Shown here in pieces: positions 46,220-54,569 of a stretch of DNA of 56,653 bases (position 1 is its first letter; each line of letters starts with the position of its first letter). The stretch is taken from the NCBI GenBank assembly GCA_031406075.1, contig JANOGP010000413.1:1-56653 (forward strand), given 5' to 3'. Origin of the DNA: Betaproteobacteria bacterium (GTDB taxonomy: Bacteria > Pseudomonadota > Gammaproteobacteria > Burkholderiales > JACQAP01). A program made the translations under genes and the position numbers. A model generated the notes under the pieces. It searched no databases and was not told the DNA's origin. It worked only from the letters and a program-made list of their open reading frames with translations.

Positions 46220-47146
46220 ATGTCATTCCTGTCCCTTGTTGCCGCACTATTGATCGAGCAGACCTGGCCGCTAAACCCGCGCTGCACGGTGTATCGCTGG
46301 TTCACGCGCTATGTGAACTCGCTGGGCAGCCATTTCAATGCCGGCGAGCGGCGTCAGGGCGTGATCGCATGGTGCCTGGCGGTGCTGCCGTGGGTGGTCG
46401 TTTGCATCGCCATCTACAATTTGCTGTGCGAAATCCATGTCGTCTTCGGCTGGGTATGGAATGTTGCCGTGCTCTATCTGACCATGGGTTTCCGCCAGTT
46501 CAGCCACCCGTTTACCGAGATCGTCGAAGCGCTGCGGGCCGGAGATCTGGACAGGGCGCGCCAGCTCCTTACCGACTGGCGTGGCGAACCGGCAACCGAG
46601 TATAACGGCACGGAGATCGCCAAGGTCGCAGTCGAGGAAGGCCTGATCGGATCGCATCGGCACGTGTTCGGCGTGATCTTCTGGTTCCTCATCCTGCCTG
46701 GCCCGAGTGGTGCCGTGCTCTATCGTCTGGCCGGCCTGCTGGAGCAGAAATGGGGAAGCCACTCCGAGGGGGATTACGGCGAGTTCGGGCAGTTTGCGCG
46801 AAAAATGTTCTCCTACATCGACTGGATTCCAGCGCGATTGACTGCGTTGGGCTTTGCGGTCGCCGGGGACTTCGAGGACGCAGTGCATTGCTGGCGTACC
46901 CAGGCAACGGGGTGGATGCATCAGGAGCTGGGTGTGGTGCTGGCGAGCGGCGCGGGGGCGCTTGGCGTGCGGCTCGGTGAAACATTGCACCACCACGGTA
47001 CCGTGAGCTTCCGTCCCGATCTGGGTCTCGGCGACGAAGCCGATGTGAGCACCATGACCAGTGCGGTGGGAATGATCTGGCGCGCGCTGGTGATCTGGCT
47101 GCTCGTAATCGGGCTGATTACCGTGGCGCGCTGGATCGGCACGTAG
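46220..47146 (+). CDS. AmpE / CobD-CbiB family membrane protein
   Basis: 308 aa. N-terminus MSFLSLVAALLIEQTWPL and FWFLILPGPSGAVLYRLAGLLEQKW resemble AmpE-type proteins. Family-level call only. Confidence 0.6.
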   Translation: MSFLSLVAALLIEQTWPLNPRCTVYRWFTRYVNSLGSHFNAGERRQGVIAWCLAVLPWVVVCIAIYNLLCEIHVVFGWVWNVAVLYLTMGFRQFSHPFTEIVEALRAGDLDRARQLLTDWRGEPATEYNGTEIAKVAVEEGLIGSHRHVFGVIFWFLILPGPSGAVLYRLAGLLEQKWGSHSEGDYGEFGQFARKMFSYIDWIPARLTALGFAVAGDFEDAVHCWRTQATGWMHQELGVVLASGAGALGVRLGETLHHHGTVSFRPDLGLGDEADVSTMTSAVGMIWRALVIWLLVIGLITVARWIGT

Positions 47147-47158
47147 GCCGGCGCGGCC

Positions 47159-48064
47159 TCAGAATCTCTTGCCCGACTCGATCTCTTTTGCCAGTTTTCG
47201 GTAGGCGTCCAGCCGCCGAATGTCGACGTTACCCTCCTCCACCGCTTGAGCCAATGCACAGCCCGGCTCCACCAGATGCCGGCAATTGTGGAAGCGGCAG
47301 CGACCGCTGAGCGGCCGGAACTCGCGGAACGCCCCGGCAACGTCCTGTTCCGTCAGGTGGTGGAGCCCGAACTCCTGCATGCCCGGCGAATCGATCAGGT
47401 GCGATTTCGCGTCGAGGTGATAGAGGCGCGCGTGCGTGGTGGTATGACGTCCGGAGTCGAGCGCCGCCGATACGTCCGCGGTCGCCGCGCCCGTTCCGGG
47501 AATCAATGCGTTGATGATCGTCGATTTGCCCATCCCCGACTGTCCCACCAGCACGCTGGTGTGCCCCTCGAGCGCAGGGCGAAGGGGCGACACATCGCGT
47601 TTGGCCGATAGCAGCGTCACGGCATATCCGAGGTCGGTGTAAAGCTTCAGCCGGTCGAGCGCGGTGGAGTCCTCATCGGCCAGATCGAATTTGTTCAGAA
47701 TGATCAGGCAGGAAAGCTGTTGGTGCTCGGCGGCCACCAGGCAGCGATTCAGCAACTCCTCGTAAAAGCTCGGAACAATCGCCAGCACGATGACGATCTG
47801 CGTGACGTTGGCGGCGATCAGCTTCTGCCGATACTGGTCCGAGCGGTAGAGAAGCGTGGAACGCGGGTCTGTGGCTTCGATTACGCCCTGATCCGGCGCG
47901 ATGCGAACGATCTCGACGTGGTCACCGCAGGCCAGCGTGCTGCGCTTGCCGCGCGGAAAACAGGTCAGGATCTCATCGTCGGCGAGTTCGATCAGATACT
48001 GCCGGCCGTAGGTGCCGACCACCAGGCCGTGCAGAAGCGGCTCCTTCTTGCTCAGTGGAGCCAC
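47159..48064 (-). CDS. rsgA: ribosome small-subunit-dependent GTPase A
   Basis: 301 aa with circularly permuted GTPase motifs LNKFDL...GQSGMGKSTIINAL and the C-terminal zinc knuckle CRFHNCRHLVEPGC. Confidence 0.9.
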   Translation of the reverse strand: MAPLSKKEPLLHGLVVGTYGRQYLIELADDEILTCFPRGKRSTLACGDHVEIVRIAPDQGVIEATDPRSTLLYRSDQYRQKLIAANVTQIVIVLAIVPSFYEELLNRCLVAAEHQQLSCLIILNKFDLADEDSTALDRLKLYTDLGYAVTLLSAKRDVSPLRPALEGHTSVLVGQSGMGKSTIINALIPGTGAATADVSAALDSGRHTTTHARLYHLDAKSHLIDSPGMQEFGLHHLTEQDVAGAFREFRPLSGRCRFHNCRHLVEPGCALAQAVEEGNVDIRRLDAYRKLAKEIESGKRF

Positions 48065-48175
48065 CTCATGTACGCAGCGCGCTCAACGGAAAGATCGCAA
48101 AGTGACGCGAAGGAAAACCACGAGAGGAAAAATGCGATCCACGAATAGACAGTATTGCAGATGGGAACAGACCGA

Positions 48176-48214
48176 TCAGAGGTCGAACAGCGCATCCAAC
48201 TTGGCTGCGCATAT
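48176..48214 (-). repeat. degenerate duplicate of the 3' end of phhB
   Basis: TCAGAGGTCGAACAGCGCATCCAACTTGGCTGCGCATAT versus 48314-48352 TCAGAGGTCGAAAAGCGCATCCAATTTGGCGGCACAGAT: 33 of 39 identical, direct orientation, 138 bp apart. Confidence 0.7.
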
Positions 48215-48247
48215 AGAGTCATTTTAGTTCCAGTCGCACTGACGCGC

Positions 48248-48279
48248 TTAACTCTGCCACTTACAAGTGGCAGAGTTAA
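48248..48279. repeat. perfect 13-bp-stem hairpin between the two phhB 3'-end copies
   Basis: TTAACTCTGCCAC-TTACAA-GTGGCAGAGTTAA; no U-tract on either strand. Confidence 0.6.
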
Positions 48280-48313
48280 CCTGCACTGAAACGATTCCAT
48301 TGTGCCGCGACAT

Positions 48314-48655
48314 TCAGAGGTCGAAAAGCGCATCCAATTTGGCGGCACAGATGAAATCGTTTTCGGATATTCCCTTGATCGCGTGCGTCATGTAAGAAAC
48401 CGTCGCCTGGTTGTAGCCGACTGCGATGTCGGGGTGATGATCCTCGCGATGCGAGATCCATGCGGCGGCGTTCACGAATGCCATGGTCTCGTGGTAATTC
48501 TTGAACTTGAACGTCTTCCGGACCATTCCGTTCTTGCATTCCCAGCCTGACAGGCCCTCGAGCATGTGCCCGATCTGGGTTGGCGTCATCGGCGCCACTA
48601 CACCCTCGCAGGGCTTGCATTTCTTCCGTAGCAGTCCTTCCGATATCTCGCTCAT
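48314..48655 (-). CDS. phhB: pterin-4-alpha-carbinolamine dehydratase
   Basis: 113 aa: F.FKNYHETMAFVNAAAWISHREDHHPDIAVGYNQATVSYMTH (PCD/DCoH signature). Confidence 0.9.
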   Translation of the reverse strand: MSEISEGLLRKKCKPCEGVVAPMTPTQIGHMLEGLSGWECKNGMVRKTFKFKNYHETMAFVNAAAWISHREDHHPDIAVGYNQATVSYMTHAIKGISENDFICAAKLDALFDL

Positions 48656-48680
48656 GATCTGACTCCAGCAAAAAATTCGT

Positions 48681-48903
48681 TAGCCACAGAGGTCACAGAG
48701 AACACAGAGAAGAACAAAATCAAAAGCGTTGACGCAAAGGACGCAAAGTAAAAAGAGAGGACGCAAAGAAAGCGATGAAGTGGAATCTGGAGTGGATGCA
48801 CGCAACTGACCCGAGTTCGACATACTTGCAGCATCCAGCCACCGCAGTTATCCAAGCCCCCCTTTTTGGCCTTTCTCTGTGACCTCTGTGTCCTCTGTGG
48901 CTA
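48681..48903. repeat. composite palindromic element, 9-nt-unit family (copy A2)
   Basis: The outer arms are GCCACAGAG|GTCACAGAG|AACACAGAG on the left and, read on the opposite strand, GCCACAGAG|GACACAGAG|GTCACAGAG on the right. An inner one-sided array has GACGCAAAG three times (48729-48769). Confidence 0.85.
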
Positions 48904-48912
48904 ATCTTGGTT

Positions 48913-50163
48913 TCAGGCTTTAGCCAAATGTTCAAGGCGGGCGATGCGAGTCGAGGCCGGCGGGTGAGAGTCATAGAACACCGAGTGCAACGGGTCCGGG
49001 GTGAGGGTCGAGGCATTGTCCTTGTAGAGCTTCACCAGCGCCCGGATCAGGTCGCGGGCGGGCGCGAACTGCGCCGCGTATTCGTCCGCCTCGAATTCGT
49101 GCTTGCGCGAGTACATCGCAAGCAGAGGCTGGAACAGGAAGGTGAACACCGGCACCACCAGGAAAAACAGCGTCAGCGCCATCGCGTCGGTAGCCGGGTA
49201 GGCGACGTTAAGTCCCTCGTAGAACCCGGCCTGGTCCTTGAGCGCGCCGAGCAGCCAAAGAAAGCCGAGGCTCATGGCGAAAGTCCACGCCATGCGCTTG
49301 ATCACGTGGCGGCGGCGAAAGTGGCCGAGCTCGTGCGCAAGCACTGCTTCGATCTCCTGGACCTCCAGCCGCGACAGGAGCGTGTCGAAGAATACGATGC
49401 GCTTGGACTTGCCGAAGCCGGTGAAGTAGGCGTTGCCGTGGCTGCTGCGCTTGCTGCCGTCCATGACGAACAGGCCCTTGGAAGTAAAGCCGCAGCGGCT
49501 AATCAGATTTTCGATTCGTTGCTTCATCTCGCCGTCCTGCATCGGCGAAAACTTGTTGAACAGCGGAGCGATGAAAGTCGGATAGAGCGCCAGCACCAGC
49601 GTGTTGAACACCACCCACACGACCCAGACGTACAGCCACCACTGTTCGCCCATCTCCGCCATCAGCCACAGCACCGCGAACAGCAGCGGCAGGCCGATCA
49701 CGACGCCGATCGCGGCGCTCTTCGCCAGATCGCCGAAAAACATCGCCAGCGTCATCTTGTTGAAACCGAAGCGGCTCTCGATGCCGAATGTCCGGTACAG
49801 ACCGAACGGCAGCTCGATTACGGACATGATCACCGTCAGGATCGCGACGAACACGAGGCCGCGCGCGAGTCCTTCGGGAAAAAACGAGGCGGCCAGATTG
49901 TCTATCGCCTGCAACCCGCCGGCGAAGGTGAGCGCCAGCAGGACTGCCGCGTCGAAGAAGATTGCGGCGATGTTCAGCCGGGTCTTGGCGCTGCTGTAGT
50001 CTGCGGCTTTCTGATGCGCTTCCAGGCTGATTTCCTGGGCAAAAGCGGCGGGGACCGCATTGCGGTGCGCCTGTATGTGCTGGACGTGGCGTATTGCCAG
50101 CCACGTACGCATGACGGCAGCAATCATCAGCGCGGCGAGAAACAGAACGGAGAACGTGGACAT
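48913..50163 (-). CDS. M48-family zinc metallopeptidase (Ste24/HtpX-like, membrane)
   Basis: 416 aa with N-terminal TM helices, HELGHFRRRH (HExxH) and a downstream EFEADEYA. Confidence 0.85.
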   Translation of the reverse strand: MSTFSVLFLAALMIAAVMRTWLAIRHVQHIQAHRNAVPAAFAQEISLEAHQKAADYSSAKTRLNIAAIFFDAAVLLALTFAGGLQAIDNLAASFFPEGLARGLVFVAILTVIMSVIELPFGLYRTFGIESRFGFNKMTLAMFFGDLAKSAAIGVVIGLPLLFAVLWLMAEMGEQWWLYVWVVWVVFNTLVLALYPTFIAPLFNKFSPMQDGEMKQRIENLISRCGFTSKGLFVMDGSKRSSHGNAYFTGFGKSKRIVFFDTLLSRLEVQEIEAVLAHELGHFRRRHVIKRMAWTFAMSLGFLWLLGALKDQAGFYEGLNVAYPATDAMALTLFFLVVPVFTFLFQPLLAMYSRKHEFEADEYAAQFAPARDLIRALVKLYKDNASTLTPDPLHSVFYDSHPPASTRIARLEHLAKA

Positions 50164-50242
50164 TGCGCCTTTCGATTAGGGATTCAGTGCAAGCTATGAC
50201 AAAATATCGCCGGGAAAATTCAGAAAAAACTTATCGAGGATT

Positions 50243-50788
50243 ATGGCACAGGATCCCAGTTATTTGATCTGGATCGACATGGAAATGAGCGGCCTGAACC
50301 CGGAGGCCGACCGGGTCCTGGAGGTGGCGATCGTCGTGACCGACTCGCAACTCGTCACTGTGGCCGAGGCGCCGGTGAAGATCGTCCATCAACCAGACGA
50401 GGTGCTCGACCGCATGGATTCGTGGAACCGGTCGACGCACCGCAAAACCGGGTTGATCGACAAAGTGAAGGCGGCCACGCAGAGCGCGGCGGAAGTGGAG
50501 GCGGAACTGATCGCGTTCCTTTCCCAGTATCTGCCGGAGAATACGTCGCCGATGTGCGGCAATTCGATCTGCCAGGACCGCCGATTCCTCGCCCGGTACA
50601 TGCCCAGGCTCGAAGCTTTCTTCCACTATCGCAACCTGGATGTTTCCACACTCAAGGAGCTGGCCAAGCGCTGGAAGCCGGAAATCATGACGGGCCTGAC
50701 CAAGCACGGCAAGCACGAGGCCTTGGCCGACATCTATGAATCCATCGAGGAGTTGAAGTACTACCGGGAGAATCTTCTCAGTCTGTAA
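50243..50788 (+). CDS. orn: oligoribonuclease
   Basis: 181 aa with DEDDh motifs [22 protein letters not shown] and [14 protein letters not shown]. Confidence 0.95.
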   Translation: MAQDPSYLIWIDMEMSGLNPEADRVLEVAIVVTDSQLVTVAEAPVKIVHQPDEVLDRMDSWNRSTHRKTGLIDKVKAATQSAAEVEAELIAFLSQYLPENTSPMCGNSICQDRRFLARYMPRLEAFFHYRNLDVSTLKELAKRWKPEIMTGLTKHGKHEALADIYESIEELKYYRENLLSL

Positions 50789-50790
50789 AA

Positions 50791-50911
50791 GCCGTGACGG
50801 CGTGACGAGATGAAGCTCGTGACGAGATGATGCTCGTGACGATCGTGAAGAGATGAAGCTCGTGACGAACGTGACGGCGTGACGAGCTTCGTCTCGTCAC
50901 GCCGTCACGGC
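50791..50911. repeat. GTGACG-unit repeat block ending in a 16-19-bp perfect hairpin (bidirectional terminator candidate)
   Basis: GCCGTGACGGCGTGACGAG (50791-809) and GTGACGGCGTGACGAG (50871-86) are both complementary to CTCGTCACGCCGTCACGGC (50893-911). Internal direct repeats GATGAAGCTCGTGACGA occur twice. Lies between convergent orn and the pgi operon. Confidence 0.75.
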
Positions 50912-50916
50912 TTTCC

Positions 50917-51123
50917 TCACTCCAGCGTAATGTCCCCATCGAAGTCGACATTCAGCCCGATCGCGGGAATGGTGAGCTTCATCGTTGCCTGCAGCTTTTC
51001 GTTGCCCTTCAGTTTTCCCGAGGCCAGTGCCTTCGACACCGCCTGTTCGATCTCGCGCTGCGAGCCCACGCCTGTCGTCTTCAGAAATTTGCGGATGCTC
51101 ATATTGAAATTTTCTTCGTTCAC
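50917..51123 (-). CDS. small hypothetical protein (61-68 aa) translationally coupled to pgi
   Basis: GTG 51123 overlaps the pgi stop (GTGA), with AAGGAGG 4 nt upstream; alternative ATG at 51102. Sequence is MSIRKFLKTTGVGSQREIEQAVSKALASGKLKGNEKLQATMKLTIPAIGLNVDFDGDITLE. Confidence 0.5.
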   Translation of the reverse strand: MNEENFNMSIRKFLKTTGVGSQREIEQAVSKALASGKLKGNEKLQATMKLTIPAIGLNVDFDGDITLE

Positions 51124-52781
51124 TTTTCCTCCTTGTTTTCGAGTATGTGATCGATCAGCCGCGCGGTAGACGCATCGTGCCCGCTGCGGGCTTTCCCTGC
51201 TTTCAGGTCTTCGAGCACGCTGCTGGCAAGCTGCTTGCCGAGTTCCACGCCCCACTGGTCGAAGGAATTGATGTTCCAGATTGCGCCTTGCGCGAACACC
51301 TTGTGTTCATAGAGCGCAATGAGAGCGCCCAGCGAGCGAGGATCCAGGTGGCGCAATACGATGGTATTGCTGGGGCGGTTGCCGGGAAAAGTGCGATGCG
51401 GAAGCAGGCGTTCGGCTTCGTCGCCCTCAATGCCGCGCGCCTTGAGTTCGGCGCGGACCTCACCGGCATTTTTTCCCCGCAGCAACGCCTCGCTTTGGGC
51501 AATGCAGTTGGCAAGCAGGATATCGTGATGTTCCGGAAGGCGGTCGGCGCCGTTTGCGGGGACGATGAAATCGGCGGGCGTAACCTGCGTTCCCTGGTGC
51601 AGGTGCTGATAGAAAGCGTGCTGGCCATTGGTACCGGGTGCGCCCCAGATTACCGGGCCGGTGGCGTATTCGACCGCAACGCCCGAGCGGTCAACGCGCT
51701 TGCCGTTGCTCTCCATGTCGAGTTGTTGAAGGAAGGCCGGGAAGAATGCCAGGTCCTGCGCGTAGGGCAACACCGCATGGGTCGGGTGGCCAAGAAAATC
51801 GATATGCCAGAGTCCGGTGAGCGCGGCCATCACCGGCATGTTGCGTTCCAAAGGTGCCGTTCGGAAGTGCTCGTCCATATCGTAGGCGCCGGCGAGCAGT
51901 TCGTCGAAGCGATCGAAACCTACCGCCAAAGCAATCGGCAGACCGATGGCTGACCATAGCGAATATCGGCCGCCCACCCAGTCCCAGAACCCGAATACCC
52001 GCGCCGGGACGATGCCAAATTTTGACGTGGCTTCCAGGTTGGTGGAGACGGCGGCGAAATGCTGCTGCACGGCCGTCTCCGTGCCTCCGGAAGCATGCGC
52101 TCGTGTGAGCAGCCACTCGCGCGCAGACCGCGCATTGGTAAGGGTTTCCTGCGTAGTGAAGGTCTTCGAAGAGACCACGAAAAGGGTCGTTTCCGCGTTG
52201 AGGCCGGACAGCGTTGCGGCCAGGTGGGCACCGTCCACGTTGGATACGAAATGAACGCGCAGGTCCGACGACCCAAAGGTGCGAAGCGCCGAGCAGACCA
52301 TCAGCGGGCCCAGGTCCGAGCCGCCGATGCCGATGTTGACCACGTCCGTAAATGGCAGGCCGGTGTGGCCGCGGTCGACGCCGCCGCGCACCCGCTCCGA
52401 AAAATCCCGCAGGCGCGATAGCACTGCCCGCACGTCAGGCATCACGTCCTTGCCGTCTACCAACACCGGTTGGCTGCCCCGGTTGCGGAGCGCCGTGTGC
52501 AGGACCGCGCGCTTCTCGGTGATGTTGATGCGCTTGCCCTCGAACATCGCCGTAATTTGCGCGGGCAGGCTGGCGTCCTCGGCCAGTGCTACCAGCAGGC
52601 GGCGCGTCTTCCCCGACAGCGGGTTCTTCGAATAATCGAACAGCAGCCCGCAGGCCGCGATCGAGAACGCCTGTGCCCGCGCGGGATCCTGCGCGAATAG
52701 CTCGGCTATGCGCGCCTGACGCATCTCGAGGGCATGGGCCTCGAGTGCCTTCCAGGCGGGACGTTCGTGAAGGTGGGGCAT
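51120..52781 (-). CDS. pgi: glucose-6-phosphate isomerase
   Basis: 553 aa from ATG 52781 (N-terminus PAWKALEAH aligns with the Pgi N-terminus). Motifs are DVVNIGIGGSDLGP, GGRYSLWSAIG and GTNGQHAFYQ. Confidence 0.95.
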   Translation of the reverse strand: MPHLHERPAWKALEAHALEMRQARIAELFAQDPARAQAFSIAACGLLFDYSKNPLSGKTRRLLVALAEDASLPAQITAMFEGKRINITEKRAVLHTALRNRGSQPVLVDGKDVMPDVRAVLSRLRDFSERVRGGVDRGHTGLPFTDVVNIGIGGSDLGPLMVCSALRTFGSSDLRVHFVSNVDGAHLAATLSGLNAETTLFVVSSKTFTTQETLTNARSAREWLLTRAHASGGTETAVQQHFAAVSTNLEATSKFGIVPARVFGFWDWVGGRYSLWSAIGLPIALAVGFDRFDELLAGAYDMDEHFRTAPLERNMPVMAALTGLWHIDFLGHPTHAVLPYAQDLAFFPAFLQQLDMESNGKRVDRSGVAVEYATGPVIWGAPGTNGQHAFYQHLHQGTQVTPADFIVPANGADRLPEHHDILLANCIAQSEALLRGKNAGEVRAELKARGIEGDEAERLLPHRTFPGNRPSNTIVLRHLDPRSLGALIALYEHKVFAQGAIWNINSFDQWGVELGKQLASSVLEDLKAGKARSGHDASTARLIDHILENKEEK

Positions 52782-52820
52782 AGGGACAGGGACGAGGTTC
52801 GAGGGCCGAGGAGCAAGTGG
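52782..52820. repeat. one-armed heptamer array (copy B4) forming the pgi 5' UTR
   Basis: The plus strand reads AGGGACA GGGACGA GGTTCGA GGGCCGA GGAGCAA. In the pgi mRNA this is a C/U-rich tract immediately 5' of the ATG, with no obvious SD. Confidence 0.6.
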
Positions 52821-52884
52821 AATGGAAAACTTGCCGATTGTAATTAACCCGATTCTATAGGACCGCCGGCGAATGCCGAACGGG

Positions 52885-52919
52885 CAAAACAAAGGGCCTC
52901 GGGATCGCTCCCGAGGCCC
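52885..52919 (-). terminator. intrinsic terminator of the phasin gene
   Basis: On the minus strand: GGGCCTCGGGA-GCGA-TCCCGAGGCCC (11-bp perfect stem) followed by TTTGTTTTG. Confidence 0.7.
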
Positions 52920-52940
52920 TTCAAGGAAATCTGGTGTGGC

Positions 52941-53474
52941 TTAAGCGGCTTTTTTCTTCGTAGCGACGGTGTGGGTCGCGGCGGTCATCGTGGCTTCGGT
53001 CGCTTCGGCGACTTGCTTGGTAGCCTTGGAGAAGGCGTCATAAGCCTGGTTGGCAGCAGCCATCGCGGACTTCACGGCGGCCACGGCAACATCGGAGCCG
53101 GCCGGCGCGTTCTTGACGGCTTTGTCCAGCACCGTCACGAAGTTCTTGTTGGTTTCGGCAATGCGCTCTTCGAAGAACTTGTTCAGTTCGGCCTGGGTTT
53201 CGGCCATCACGGCGTAGACGCTGCGGGCGTAGTTGACGGCATTATCGGCGACCGGCTGGGCGATGGAGGTTTGGATCTCGGTCAGCTCCTGCACATCTTT
53301 GACGGCGCCGAGTGCTTTGGCGTTCTTGACCGCATCGGCGAAGACGCTCTTCGCGGCCCGCAGTTGCAGCTCGATCAGCTTCTCCGCGCCCGCCGCGGTG
53401 ATCCCGGCAAATGCGACTACGGATTCAAGATTTTCCTTATTCGTGGTGACCAGCTGTTCAGGTACGTTGTACAT
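52941..53474 (-). CDS. phaP: phasin (PHA granule-associated protein)
   Basis: 177 aa from ATG 53474 (GGAGAG RBS). Ala/Lys/Glu-rich helical protein; N-terminus PEQLVTTNKENLESVVAFAGITAAGAEKLIELQL is typical of proteobacterial phasins. Confidence 0.8.
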   Translation of the reverse strand: MYNVPEQLVTTNKENLESVVAFAGITAAGAEKLIELQLRAAKSVFADAVKNAKALGAVKDVQELTEIQTSIAQPVADNAVNYARSVYAVMAETQAELNKFFEERIAETNKNFVTVLDKAVKNAPAGSDVAVAAVKSAMAAANQAYDAFSKATKQVAEATEATMTAATHTVATKKKAA

Positions 53475-53549
53475 AGGCTCTCCTGGAAAATAGGTTGGAC
53501 GATTTAGGATGTTTACTGCCGAGGCTTCGCGACGCCGATTGGGTTTTTG

Positions 53550-53560
53550 TTGCACCGCAA
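53550..53560. promoter_or_regulatory. TGC-N3-GCA palindrome upstream of phaP (possible PhaR-type site)
   Basis: TTGCACCGCAA lies 76-86 nt upstream of the phaP ATG. TGC-N3-GCA-like cores are, as I recall, reported for PhaR operators. Weak evidence. Confidence 0.25.
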
Positions 53561-53696
53561 AAACACGGCTATTCTAGAGATCCCGAATTGGAAGTCAACA
53601 TGAATTCAAGGTTTTTCTTCGCAATCCCTGTAGCGCGTAGTAAATACATTATGTAACAAATACTTAATAAATGCGACCGATGCGTACGGAGCCTCT

Positions 53697-54446
53697 TTGG
53701 AAGCAGTAGTCAGGGCAATGGCAAAGGCCGTGGGCTCTCTTGTGCACCCCGTCATTCTGGTGATTCTACTGGTCCCGATGGTGTTCGCGGTCGCAGTCTG
53801 GCTGGGGGTGGCATGGGCGTACTGGGATACCTGGACGTCGACCATCCAGGCGCTGCTGGTAGACCACACGGCGTATTCCTGGACCGCCCGTTGGGACCTC
53901 ACCGAGGCGGCGGGAGTGGTCGCCGTGGTCTTGATCGTGATCCTGCTCACGCCTGCGATCATCATTACGGCGTTGTTGATCGCCGCCGTATTTGCCATGC
54001 CGGTGTTGGTCGGTCACGTTGCCGGGCGCGACTATCCGCAACTGGAGCGACTCCGGGGCGGTACCGTTCTCGGCAGCGTCTGGAACGCCTTTGTGGCAAT
54101 CGGCCTGTTCCTGCTCCTGTGGCTGGTTACGATCCCCCTATGGCTGCTGGGCCCGGTCGCGGCGGTGTTGCCGTTGTTGTTGTCCGCGTACCTGAACCAG
54201 CGGTTGTTCCGCTACGACGCGCTGTCGGAACACGCCAGTCGCGAGGAGATGCAACGGATTTTCGCGGAGGGCAGGGGAAAGCTGTTCCTGCTCGGCCTGA
54301 TAACCGGCGTGCTCTACTTCATTCCACCCTTCAATTTGATCGGACCGGTATTCGCGGCACTGGCGTTCGTGCATCTGTGCCTGGCGGAGCTTGAGAGCCT
54401 GCGCTCCACGGAACCGGAAATCCGTGGAGAACGGCTCTTGTGCTGA
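53697..54446 (+). CDS. EI24/CysZ-like membrane protein
   Basis: 249 aa with several TM helices and a LNQRLFRYDAL block typical of EI24-domain proteins. Start may be ATG 53718. Confidence 0.6.
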   Translation: MEAVVRAMAKAVGSLVHPVILVILLVPMVFAVAVWLGVAWAYWDTWTSTIQALLVDHTAYSWTARWDLTEAAGVVAVVLIVILLTPAIIITALLIAAVFAMPVLVGHVAGRDYPQLERLRGGTVLGSVWNAFVAIGLFLLLWLVTIPLWLLGPVAAVLPLLLSAYLNQRLFRYDALSEHASREEMQRIFAEGRGKLFLLGLITGVLYFIPPFNLIGPVFAALAFVHLCLAELESLRSTEPEIRGERLLC

Positions 54447-54553
54447 GTACGAGGGGCGAGGGACGAGGGGCAAAGGACGAGGTTCGAGGTTCGAGGTACG
54501 AGGTTCGAGTAGAAAAGCCTTGGACCTTACTCGGCCCTCGTACCTCGTACCTG
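54447..54553. repeat. heptamer-array element (copy B3)
   Basis: Nine tandem GNNCGAG units (GTACGAG GGGCGAG GGACGAG ... GTTCGAG GTTCGAG GTACGAG GTTCGAG), then complementary CTCGGCC CTCGTAC CTCGTAC. Lies between convergent EI24 and bktB. Confidence 0.8.
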
Positions 54554-54569
54554 CCGCGATCGAAGAGCG

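Noticed and set aside
48012-48348. Small ORFs (71 and 98 aa) in the rsgA-phhB spacer.
   Set aside because: They read through the duplicated phhB 3' fragment and the hairpin. They have no RBS and no protein-like composition.
54481-54510. tRNA-like T-arm strings (GGTTCGAGG) in the heptamer repeats.
   Set aside because: No acceptor, D or anticodon arms can be drawn. The string is simply the repeat unit GTTCGAG. I found no convincing tRNA, rRNA, tmRNA or RNase P signature anywhere in the window.
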